Positions 20,358 to 28,639 of a stretch of DNA of 51,324 bases are shown here, piece by piece; positions within the stretch are counted from its first letter, which is position 1, and every line of letters begins with the position of its first letter. Made by a program: the position numbers and the translations under genes. A model generated the notes under the pieces. The model was not told the origin of the DNA. It did no database searches and saw only the letters and a list, made by a program, of their open reading frames with translations. The stretch is from Escherichia phage WaterSpirit, in the sequence record OR896833.1. One strand, written 5' to 3'.

Positions 20358-20636
20358 TCACCCCCAAAAAGTATATATATATCTTGAATCAGATCCAGAA
20401 AGTCCACTCCATGTAACGGTGTCGCCACTTACTCCTAAGCTTGGTGCGCCAGGGTCGCCACCGCGCCAGGAATTCATGCCAACATATATTGCTTTCAATG
20501 ATTTACCTGGCGGCCTGTTTTGGTAAGTCTTGCTACCTGATGGCTGAGTGAATTTATCAAGAAAGAAAACAGGCGTTAAAAGTCCTGTAACTTCCCTTCC
20601 TCGATCGTCATATATTGCATAACCATATTGCGCCAT
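20358..20636 (-). CDS. Hypothetical protein (92 aa), Gly/Ser-rich
   Basis: ATG overlaps lipoprotein stop (TAATG coupling); RBS GAGGTG. Confidence 0.3.
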   Translation of the reverse strand: MAQYGYAIYDDRGREVTGLLTPVFFLDKFTQPSGSKTYQNRPPGKSLKAIYVGMNSWRGGDPGAPSLGVSGDTVTWSGLSGSDSRYIYTFWG

Positions 20637-20905
20637 TAATTACACCTCAAATCAATAAATTTACTTTCATTTTGCCAGCGGTTGATAAATTTAACTTCTT
20701 TATTGTCAACGCTCAACCTGTATTGCTTTTGGCTGAATCTGTTTTCGCGTACTGCATTAATTTTGACTTCATGGAATCCGTTAACAGGGAATGTTTTAAC
20801 GTTAAATTTTGCCGTGCAATCGATCTTTTTGAAGCCGCCAGTAGGCGACGATGCGCATCCGGTCAGAGCGGCTACGGTGGCGATAACTGCGATTAATTTT
20901 TTCAT
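20636..20905 (-). CDS. Lipoprotein, putative superinfection-exclusion (Cor/Llp-like by position)
   Basis: 89 aa; signal peptide with lipobox LTGC; strong RBS AAGGAGA; first gene of operon next to tail fibre genes. Confidence 0.55.
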   Translation of the reverse strand: MKKLIAVIATVAALTGCASSPTGGFKKIDCTAKFNVKTFPVNGFHEVKINAVRENRFSQKQYRLSVDNKEVKFINRWQNESKFIDLRCN

Positions 20906-20936
20906 CTTTGTATCTCCTTAGTTGTTGTTGTTTCCA

Positions 20937-20978
20937 ACTATACACGATCTTGAACATCGAGTTTAGCAAAAAGTGCTA
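20937..20978 (-). promoter_or_regulatory. 18-bp element (TAGCACTTTTTGCTAAAC) + 18-nt spacer + TATAGT, upstream of lipoprotein operon
   Basis: Minus-sense read of 20961-20978 matches the conserved element; TATAGT at 20937-20942 (minus sense). Confidence 0.4.
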
Positions 20979-21360
20979 TTTGTTTTTTCTGTTCTCGCTT
21001 GTTATCAAATTCACACCTCCTTAATTTTAGCGCAAAACTTAAACACCAACTGGACAAACAATAGACAGTAAAATCATCTATATACATAAAAAATAAAGAG
21101 TTTATTTATCTATGTATCTATATTTGTTTTTATTTGTTCTCTGTGTTTCATTGGGTTGTGGTGTGTAGCATGTTTGGTGAGTGTATTGATTTATGTAATT
21201 ACAGATGCTCACTGGGTATTGCATATGTATGTATAAAGCTGAGTAGATACGCGAACGCGAGAACAGAAAAATAACAACCTTGATATTCAATCACTTATAA
21301 TCAGATTTTGTTCTTAAGCCCAAAAGAAGCGTTTAGAAAACAGAAAAAACAAATCACCTA

Positions 21361-21388
21361 TTGACTAAACGCATCAAATAGCTAAAAT
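21361..21388 (+). promoter_or_regulatory. Sigma70-like early promoter (TTGACT-16-TAAAAT)
   Basis: Direct read; homologous to the promoter at 42457-42484. Confidence 0.55.
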
Positions 21389-21417
21389 GCAGGCATACCA
21401 ACCAATGAGGGCTAATC

Positions 21418-22479
21418 ATGAATAAATTTATGGCTTACACCAGCGCAGAAATGAGCAACGAGCTTTATCACGATCCAGAAGCATGGACGGCTGAATATGT
21501 TAGCGGTTCAAGTCTGGCAGAGATTTACAGCACTTGCCCTGCTGCCTGGAAGTTCAAGCCGCGCGACGATAAGAGCAAGGCGCTCGTTTTCGGTACGCAG
21601 TCGCATACCAACTTCGAAAGCAAGGAGCTATTTGATAAAACTTACCGCCGTGCGCCAGCGCCGGAAGACTTCAAAGAGTTGATCACAAGCCAAACGGCAT
21701 TGGCTGCAAAGCTGAAATCTTTTGGCCTGAAAGGGACAAGCGGAAAGACTTACCCCGACCTTATCAAAATGATGGTTGATTGTGGCGAAGACCTTAACAT
21801 CATGTGGTTAATCGACATGATCGCAGAAAGCCAGGCCAGAGCCGACGGCGTACAGTTAATCGACGCGAAAGATTACGATGCTTGCGTTGCAATGCGCCAG
21901 GTTTTGGAATCAATACCGGAGCATAACGCTTGTATGAACAGCACAACGGCGCAGCGTGAATTATCGCTGTTCGGTGAAATTAACGGCGTAAAAGTTAAAG
22001 TGCGATGCGACCATGTAGACGTAGTGAAAAACGTCACTGCAACGCTGATTGATGGTTATGATGAAAAAGGTCAGCCCATTTGTCGTGATATTGTTTATCC
22101 AGAAGCAGTGGTGATCACAGACTACAAAACAACAATGAGCGCAAATCCTATGGAGTTTATGCGACTGGCTTACAACCACGGTTATTATTTGAAAATGGCA
22201 CTGCAACATGATTTATTCAGGAAGGCATATCCAGATGAGAAGCGACCTGTAGTTATGCGCCTGTTAGCACAGGAGAAGAAGGAGCCTTATCTACCGCTGG
22301 CTTTCCGCATGAACAGCGAGCAATTGAAAATAGGCCGAGTCCAGTATGTTAGCGTGATCCAACAGTTTGCTATGTGCCAGCAGCATGACGTATGGCCTGC
22401 GTATTCAAACGGTGAGCCGGAAGTTTGCTTGGATACGCCGGAATTTGTGCGCCGACAGTTCAAGCAGTATTTGATTTAA
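21418..22479 (+). CDS. Recombination exonuclease (PD-(D/E)xK-type, RecE/YqaJ-like)
   Basis: 353 aa; ITDYKT motif region typical of this nuclease fold; followed by Erf-like and SSB genes. Confidence 0.55.
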   Translation: MNKFMAYTSAEMSNELYHDPEAWTAEYVSGSSLAEIYSTCPAAWKFKPRDDKSKALVFGTQSHTNFESKELFDKTYRRAPAPEDFKELITSQTALAAKLKSFGLKGTSGKTYPDLIKMMVDCGEDLNIMWLIDMIAESQARADGVQLIDAKDYDACVAMRQVLESIPEHNACMNSTTAQRELSLFGEINGVKVKVRCDHVDVVKNVTATLIDGYDEKGQPICRDIVYPEAVVITDYKTTMSANPMEFMRLAYNHGYYLKMALQHDLFRKAYPDEKRPVVMRLLAQEKKEPYLPLAFRMNSEQLKIGRVQYVSVIQQFAMCQQHDVWPAYSNGEPEVCLDTPEFVRRQFKQYLI

Positions 22480-22560
22480 ACCGCACAAATAGCTAAACAA
22501 ATGATTATCGCGGCGTTATAATGCGCCGCGTAGGTTAACTAAACACAGAAGGAAGATATT

Positions 22561-22845
22561 ATGAATCAGCAAGAAAACCAGGCTTACCAGGCAACCATCA
22601 ACCATGTTAAACGTTTCGTTGATAAAGTGACGATTGCTACACACGAATTGCTGTACCCGCTTAACATCAACGAAAGCGATGAAATGCGCCAGTACATCAA
22701 AGACGTTCTAACCGCCGCAAACAACCTGATTCTTGAAGCGACTCTCACCAAAAAGAGCGCGGAACATGTAAAAATGATGGACGCAGCAGCAGAAGATTAC
22801 ATGCGCCATATGACCGAACGTAGCAACGAACAGGAGGCCAAATAA
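22561..22845 (+). CDS. Hypothetical protein (94 aa)
   Basis: ORF with RBS GGAAG; stop overlaps next start. Confidence 0.4.
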   Translation: MNQQENQAYQATINHVKRFVDKVTIATHELLYPLNINESDEMRQYIKDVLTAANNLILEATLTKKSAEHVKMMDAAAEDYMRHMTERSNEQEAK

Positions 22846-23498
22846 TGCAGCTATCAGAAAAGTTTGATCTGGTTCTTCCGGCGTTACATAAAGCACGTTC
22901 AATGTTCGTGAAGGTCAAAAAAGACCGCCAGAACAGCCACCTAAAAAACCGTTACGCCACGCTGGACGCTGTACTTGATGCAATCACGCCAGCGTTGATG
23001 GACAACGACCTTATGTTAATGCAGGACGGTAGCCGCATCGAAAATAACACGCTGCGAGTAGAAACAACAGTAATGCACACATCAGGTCAGTGGGTGAAAT
23101 ATTTCTTTGACATCCCAATCGTGAAGAATGATCCGCAAGGCGTAGGTTCTGCTTTCACCTATGGGCGACGTTATGCGGCGGCGGCAGCGTTCGGTTTAAG
23201 CCAGGCTGACGACGATGCGCAAATCGCTGTTAAGTCTGCGAACGACTGGAAACGTGATCTTGATAAATGCGAGTCTGTACCTGAATTGCAGGAAACATTC
23301 AAGAAAGCATGGAGCGCAAGCGATCCAGCAAGTAAACAGGTCGTTAAGGAACACTACGAGAAACGAAAAGCAGAAATCGAAATCTGCGGCGCTCGCGGTT
23401 TTAATCCAGCGCAACCAAAAAAGAATCTTGCAAGTGATTCCGTTGACACCGCAAAACCTGAGCAAGTACAATCGGCTAACATCACCGATTTTGAATAA
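22845..23498 (+). CDS. Erf-like single-strand annealing protein
   Basis: 217 aa; Erf-family-like central region (RYATLDAVL...[12 protein letters not shown]); position between exonuclease and SSB. Confidence 0.6.
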   Translation: MQLSEKFDLVLPALHKARSMFVKVKKDRQNSHLKNRYATLDAVLDAITPALMDNDLMLMQDGSRIENNTLRVETTVMHTSGQWVKYFFDIPIVKNDPQGVGSAFTYGRRYAAAAAFGLSQADDDAQIAVKSANDWKRDLDKCESVPELQETFKKAWSASDPASKQVVKEHYEKRKAEIEICGARGFNPAQPKKNLASDSVDTAKPEQVQSANITDFE

Positions 23499-23539
23499 AA
23501 ACGGGGCGCTTGCGCCCCATTTTCATAGGAGAAAACAAA

Positions 23540-23995
23540 ATGCACGTAGTCACAGGAACGATCCGAAAAGAGCCATACACAAAAGAAGGACAAAGCAACT
23601 CCGGCGCTTACAAGATGTATATTGTGGAATTGTCGGAGTCTATTAAAGACAGACAGAGTGGTGAACGGATATATTCAAACTATAGCGCAACGTTCTTCGC
23701 ATCAAGCGATGCAATGCGTCAGTGGTATGATAACGCTTTGCAGGTTGGTAAAGTCGTTTCCATCTCTGCGGAAGTTCTACGCATCAACCAGCGCGAGCAT
23801 AACGGTAACAACTACGTAACGTTGCAGATGGAACAACCACGACTGGTATTCAGCCAGCGCACCGAAGGACAGCAGCAACAGCAGAATCAAGGTGGATGGG
23901 GGCAACCACAACAGCAACAGCAACAAAATACTCAACAGCAACCACAGCAAAGCAATCAGCCGCCAATGAATTTTGACGACGACATCCCATTCTGA
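23540..23995 (+). CDS. ssb: Single-stranded DNA-binding protein
   Basis: 151 aa from ATG 23540 (RBS GGAGAAAA); Gln/Gly-rich linker and acidic tip DDDIPF characteristic of SSB. Confidence 0.8.
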   Translation: MHVVTGTIRKEPYTKEGQSNSGAYKMYIVELSESIKDRQSGERIYSNYSATFFASSDAMRQWYDNALQVGKVVSISAEVLRINQREHNGNNYVTLQMEQPRLVFSQRTEGQQQQQNQGGWGQPQQQQQQNTQQQPQQSNQPPMNFDDDIPF

Positions 23996-24004
23996 TAACA
24001 AAAA

Positions 24005-24030
24005 GCCCCGCATATGCGGGGCATTTTTTT
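24005..24030. terminator. Bidirectional intrinsic terminator (GCCCCGC-ATAT-GCGGGGC + T7)
   Basis: Perfect palindrome flanked by A-run and T-run between convergent operons. Confidence 0.75.
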
Positions 24031-24724
24031 AGTCTAACGTGGTTGGTTTGTTTACCAGTGCCGCTACAACCGCTTTTAGCTCGTCAATTTCTTTTCTCAT
24101 CTCCTCATTTTCCGCTTTCAGTTTCTTAACGTGGTGAATCAGTGGAACAGTGAGGCGGTCATACATAACGCCTTCCGCCACCATGCCATTACTTGAAGCA
24201 ATGGCAGGATCTTCTCCTTCTTGCAGCGGTCGCCAGTGAACGTACTCCGGCGCAACCTCTCCAACTTCCTCTGCAATCAGTCCGTACCATCCCCAATCTT
24301 TACGGTCGCTTTCACAAGTTGACCGATACCACACAGGACGCATTTCAAGCATCAGATCCGCATATTCATCAATAACCGATTCTACGCTGCACTTATAACG
24401 AGAAGAGGAAGTGGAGCGTAAAACTTGCGACACTCCAGCATTTGGATCAAGCCATAAGTTTGCTGATTGAGCGGTTGTGTTAAGATTAAATAAATAAAAT
24501 GCATCGTAACCAGTTAGGGGGTAAAAACTCCCACTATACCTTCCGCTATCCAACTCGGATGATAGATCAGTTTGTTTTAGATACGGTTTCAACTTATTGT
24601 CAACATCAGTAGTTGATGCTTTTCCGGCAACATCCTGTTTTATTGTCGAAACATCCTGTTTTATCGTAGAAACATCATTTTTCAGCTTCGTTATATCAGT
24701 AGGTATAACAGTTACTGTAGCCAT
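24029..24724 (-). CDS. Putative tail fibre-associated protein (231 aa) with C-terminal coiled coil
   Basis: N-terminal short repeats (DVSTIKQDVSTIKQDV), C-terminal heptad segment; downstream of tail fibre gene on same strand. Confidence 0.3.
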   Translation of the reverse strand: MATVTVIPTDITKLKNDVSTIKQDVSTIKQDVAGKASTTDVDNKLKPYLKQTDLSSELDSGRYSGSFYPLTGYDAFYLFNLNTTAQSANLWLDPNAGVSQVLRSTSSSRYKCSVESVIDEYADLMLEMRPVWYRSTCESDRKDWGWYGLIAEEVGEVAPEYVHWRPLQEGEDPAIASSNGMVAEGVMYDRLTVPLIHHVKKLKAENEEMRKEIDELKAVVAALVNKPTTLD

Positions 24725-24736
24725 TTCCTAACCCCC

Positions 24737-25015
24737 TTAAGCCCATTCTCTAATCGGCTGATCTAGCTCAACAACGTATCTGTTAAAAATTACAGCATCA
24801 AACTTATCATCAATGATTCGCACATTAACGAAATAGCCGTCGTTCTTTCGCGCAATCTCCTCGCCATCGTCAGATCGTGCAATTACTGTGTAAGTATTGC
24901 CGATTACATCTAGCAGGATTGCGTCCTGAATGTTTTCGTTTTCGTTCCATTCTATTCTTTCCAGAAAGGCGGAAAACTCCGCCTTGTCTACAAATTTCAG
25001 TGTTAAATCACGCAT
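24737..25015 (-). CDS. Hypothetical protein (92 aa)
   Basis: ATG overlaps tail fibre stop. Confidence 0.3.
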   Translation of the reverse strand: MRDLTLKFVDKAEFSAFLERIEWNENENIQDAILLDVIGNTYTVIARSDDGEEIARKNDGYFVNVRIIDDKFDAVIFNRYVVELDQPIREWA

Positions 25016-26979
25016 TATACAATTTCCCCCAATTGATGATCTGTTAGTGCCTTGTGCCAGATTCTCAAGTTTCTTATATGACCAAAAAGGTGTCTATCCC
25101 CGACTGCTGTCTGACCTGCAATTCTTATCGTAGTTGCCCCTCCTGTATTTTCCCACGTTGTCTTCGCTGGATTTGACAAAATGCCATTGTAACCAGCTTG
25201 GAAACTGCCATCTTTTTTTATCCTATATGCGGCCACGATCTTTTTTGGTGCTTGTCCAGGTGGAAATGATATTGGAGAGCCAAATTGAACATATGGCGTA
25301 CCTAGACTTTTTGGCACATTCCTGAATGCAAAAACAAAGGCACTATCCTTTGTCTTAAATCCACTTATATCATATATGCGCGGAGCGGCATTTGGAGCAA
25401 CAGACCAGTTTTTATTAACTTCAACAAGGCATGTTAAAGGTTTATCAAACATATTGTTTATGCACGGCATAGTCACCATGTCACTCGCCCTTGTTGCCGG
25501 AGTTCCATCAGTGATAACCAGAGACGAAGCAGATGATCCGTTTTCAACTTGGGCGGTAGCTATGGTCATAAATTGACCTGATGTAATATCCTGGCCTGCC
25601 CTTGCTATCATCTCAACGTGAGCATACATCTTTATATCTTCTGGTGCTCTATATGTACCCTGGAATAATACCCATCCACCTGATTCCTGCTTCACATCAT
25701 AAGTCAACTTATCTCCTCCAGTCACATCAAGAGTGACAAGATCTAACATCACGTCAGTTATAAATGTGTTTTCCTGCCCATCAGGATTTAGCTTGGAGAA
25801 TAGCAATCTTAACCTAACTGGTGAAGAATATTCCTCGCCGATTCTTGCGCGTATTGAGATAGTGCCATACTCACCATTCGCAACATCCACTACGCGAGAT
25901 GTACCAGTTGAAATTGCTGTGATCGGGCCAGTATCTTGACTTTCTTTATAAGTGAATTTAGCGGAAGTTATACCAAATTCATCTGTATAATCATCGGATA
26001 CGTCCAGTCTGTTTACGTTTCTATTCCATTTGTTCGGTGAATTGCTATTTATGAAGTTGTTTGTTCTCTGCCCTTCAATCAGCAATCCATCTCTTTCAAA
26101 ACGTGGTTCATCAATTTCTGCAACTGTAAAAACACCTGATTTGTTAATGTAAGTAGCGGTTGATGCTCGTTTAAACTTAACTATCTTGTCACCTGGCATC
26201 GTGATCTCATCGTCACCTATAACAATCTTTTTATATGACGGAGAGAATCCGGTAATCATATCCAGGGAGTCATTAAATGGTATCCACACGTCCGGCAACG
26301 GCTGCAATACATCTTTGTAAGGTTCTGCGGCCTGCTTTGCGTATTCCTCTGCTTTGTCGCGAGCATCCTCTGCGCCAGCCTTTGCAGTGTTCGCATCGTC
26401 ACGCGCAGTTTCAGCTCCTTTTCTTGCTGTTTCAGCGCCAGTCTTTGCAGTGTTTGCAGCGTCGCGCGCGGATTCAGCAGCAGCCTTTGCAGTATCAGCA
26501 CCTTTCTTGCTATTCTCTGCATTTGTTGCTCTTGTCTTCGCGTTATTCTCGCTAGTTTTAGCTGCCTTCTGGCTTGCTGCGGCTGCGTCAGCATTTGTCT
26601 TTACGTCTTCCTGAATCTTCTGTAGCTTATCCCAATCAAAATCCTTGATGATCTCAATAAATCCAGCAAGCTCCGACTCCTTTCCCATGTAGTAGCGCAA
26701 TGTTTCAGCTACGTCTTGCGCCAGGCCATCAACAGTTAACGAGTCATGAAGCAAGATTATGTAGTCTGAACGGGGAACAACAGCACCACCAGTGGTGATT
26801 GCTCGAATGCTAGTATCGTTGACCACTTCGGTGATAACTGCGGCCTGTAGCGGCTGAGTCAGAAAAATAATGGTTGCGCCGGAACGGATCAGCGTTAACT
26901 GCTCACGCCAGTTCGTACCGTAGCCAGTTATATAGCCTTGAGCGTCCATTGACGCTTGACCTTTGCGATAAATTGCCAT
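25015..26979 (-). CDS. Tail fibre protein
   Basis: 654 aa from ATG 26979 (RBS AGGAG, 9-nt spacer); Ala/Thr/Lys-rich repeat region near N-terminus, beta-rich C-terminal region. Confidence 0.55.
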   Translation of the reverse strand: MAIYRKGQASMDAQGYITGYGTNWREQLTLIRSGATIIFLTQPLQAAVITEVVNDTSIRAITTGGAVVPRSDYIILLHDSLTVDGLAQDVAETLRYYMGKESELAGFIEIIKDFDWDKLQKIQEDVKTNADAAAASQKAAKTSENNAKTRATNAENSKKGADTAKAAAESARDAANTAKTGAETARKGAETARDDANTAKAGAEDARDKAEEYAKQAAEPYKDVLQPLPDVWIPFNDSLDMITGFSPSYKKIVIGDDEITMPGDKIVKFKRASTATYINKSGVFTVAEIDEPRFERDGLLIEGQRTNNFINSNSPNKWNRNVNRLDVSDDYTDEFGITSAKFTYKESQDTGPITAISTGTSRVVDVANGEYGTISIRARIGEEYSSPVRLRLLFSKLNPDGQENTFITDVMLDLVTLDVTGGDKLTYDVKQESGGWVLFQGTYRAPEDIKMYAHVEMIARAGQDITSGQFMTIATAQVENGSSASSLVITDGTPATRASDMVTMPCINNMFDKPLTCLVEVNKNWSVAPNAAPRIYDISGFKTKDSAFVFAFRNVPKSLGTPYVQFGSPISFPPGQAPKKIVAAYRIKKDGSFQAGYNGILSNPAKTTWENTGGATTIRIAGQTAVGDRHLFGHIRNLRIWHKALTDHQLGEIV

Positions 26980-26997
26980 CTGTAATTTTCTCCTGTA

Positions 26998-27015
26998 TAG
27001 CACTTTTTGCTAATG
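26998..27015 (+). promoter_or_regulatory. Copy of the 18-bp element (TAGCACTTTTTGCTAATG) antisense to the tail fibre gene, just upstream of its RBS
   Basis: Direct read. Confidence 0.35.
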
Positions 27016-27044
27016 ACAACATTGAGAATAGCAGTTTTGCATGC

Positions 27045-27068
27045 AAAAAAAAACCCCGCGTAGCGGGG
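27045..27068 (-). terminator. Intrinsic terminator for primase operon (CCCCGC-GTA-GCGGGG + U9 on minus strand)
   Basis: A9 run on plus strand followed by hairpin. Confidence 0.7.
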
Positions 27069-27108
27069 TAAGCATAAAGGAAGTGATAACGATGGATTCG
27101 CGCTAATC

Positions 27109-28020
27109 TTATAAAAGCGATTCAGGCTTGTAAAGTTTTTTCTCAATGCCATTTTTGAAGTTTCCACCAATCGGCAGCATAACATCAAGGTTTCTTTCAT
27201 CGGCGGCGATTATTACATCACGATCATCTTTATGGCATACGACGCGCATCTTTCGATTTCCTTTGTATCTGTGGGCAACCATCTCAAGATTGTAGTTATT
27301 GTAGCACGTCCATACTTCTTGCCCCGTCGCAAGGTGCACATGCTGAGCATTTACCCAGTCAGTGCACAAATAGATCGTCTTATCTGTGCTACCAGTTACA
27401 ACAACCGATCCGCGCGTGTAATCCTTTGCCAGAAATGATTTATCGCCTTCCTCGGTGATAAAGAGAATATTGCACATCTCATCATCCACGCCGTCTTCGT
27501 GAACAAGTCGGCACGGAAGCGCGTGAATGTATCGCCCATCCTTAACGCCGCAATCGTAATGACCATCATCAGGCGGGTAGATTCCTTCAAATACGCTTAA
27601 AGGAGTGCGATCAAATTTAAGCGTCTTTGCCATTACTCTTTCACAGCATTCATGGCTGGCCTGCTTCCCGAAATTGTAGCCGGACGAGCGCGACGCTATC
27701 TTGTTAGCCTTTGCCACCACCTCGACCGGAACGAGGTTGAGCCAGTCGCCCAGCGTGTTAATTGCTTCGCTATAGCTTTCCCCGCGCAATCGCATAAACA
27801 ACCCGATCCCGCTATCGTTACCGCATACGTTGCAGATATTGCCGCCATCACCTTTCTTTGCGAGTTGGTTAGTCCAACGAGCGCGATCTTTGCCACCACA
27901 ATACAGGCACGGTTGATGCTTGCCATTAAAGAAAGATTGAGGCGCATTGCATAGTTTCATTAATGCAGTTTGCCACATTCCAAGCATACGCGGTAAAACT
28001 TCGTCTTTGTCGTAGTGCAT
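27109..28020 (-). CDS. DNA primase (zinc-ribbon + TOPRIM-like)
   Basis: 303 aa from ATG 28020 (RBS GAGGT); CxxC...CxxC zinc-binding motif followed by acidic TOPRIM-like segment. Confidence 0.55.
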   Translation of the reverse strand: MHYDKDEVLPRMLGMWQTALMKLCNAPQSFFNGKHQPCLYCGGKDRARWTNQLAKKGDGGNICNVCGNDSGIGLFMRLRGESYSEAINTLGDWLNLVPVEVVAKANKIASRSSGYNFGKQASHECCERVMAKTLKFDRTPLSVFEGIYPPDDGHYDCGVKDGRYIHALPCRLVHEDGVDDEMCNILFITEEGDKSFLAKDYTRGSVVVTGSTDKTIYLCTDWVNAQHVHLATGQEVWTCYNNYNLEMVAHRYKGNRKMRVVCHKDDRDVIIAADERNLDVMLPIGGNFKNGIEKKLYKPESLL

Positions 28021-28077
28021 TGTAAACCTCATACAAGAAAAAGCCTGGCAATGATAAACCACGCCAGGCAATTAACT

Positions 28078-28554
28078 TTAGCTATTTGTGCTTTTTGGTT
28101 CTTTGTAAAATATTCCGCCAGGTTCATAATCGCGCATCGTTACCACTCGCAACATCTCACGACGTTCGCAACGTGTAACAAGCGGCTTACCGTTTGAGTC
28201 GAATTTTAGATCCGGGCGACAGAATGATGCGCGATATCCTTTACAGCCATTATATTTGTAGTCATTATGCACGCGTTGTGCGCCCATCGCTGAAATCATC
28301 CCGCGCTTGCGCCACATATTTACAGTTTGCTGGGATACTCCCAATCGACGAGCCATATTTGCCACACCTCCGAAATACTCCAGAAGAATATCAAGGCGAG
28401 CGGTCAGTCCGGCTTTTACTTCTTCTTTCAGTATGTAATATCCGGTGCGCGGCTTGCGTGGCTTCTTGTCCTTGCCGCGTCGCGTTCCGTTGTTGCCGTT
28501 CAATGTTCTCTTGTCAATCTCACCAGTATAGGCCGCGATTCGCTTTTCTTTCAT
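28078..28554 (-). CDS. HTH DNA-binding protein (158 aa), basic N-terminus
   Basis: From ATG 28554 (RBS GAGGTG); helix-turn-helix-like segment VANMARRLGVSQQTVNMWRKRGMIS. Confidence 0.45.
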   Translation of the reverse strand: MKEKRIAAYTGEIDKRTLNGNNGTRRGKDKKPRKPRTGYYILKEEVKAGLTARLDILLEYFGGVANMARRLGVSQQTVNMWRKRGMISAMGAQRVHNDYKYNGCKGYRASFCRPDLKFDSNGKPLVTRCERREMLRVVTMRDYEPGGIFYKEPKSTNS

Positions 28555-28565
28555 TTTGCACCTCA

Positions 28566-28607
28566 TAGCACTTTTTGTTAAAAATAGCTTTTGAACGTGT
28601 GTATTAT
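28566..28607 (+). promoter_or_regulatory. 18-bp element + 18-nt spacer + TATTAT, upstream of helicase operon
   Basis: TAGCACTTTTTGTTAAAAA at 28566-28584; -10-like at 28602-28607. Confidence 0.4.
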
Positions 28608-28639
28608 ACACGCCTAATGGCTTATTAAAAGAGACAGTT

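Noticed and set aside
19741-20636. Possibility that the 92-aa and 204-aa minus-strand ORFs are one frameshifted gene or pseudogene
   Set aside because: The junction reads as a clean stop-start (TGAtaATG) with a G-rich RBS in front of the second ATG; two coupled genes is the simpler explanation.
23777-24013. Minus-strand Leu-rich 78-aa ORF
   Set aside because: It is the antisense reading of the Gln-rich SSB linker (CAG/CAA repeats read as CTG/TTG); artefact of low-complexity sequence.
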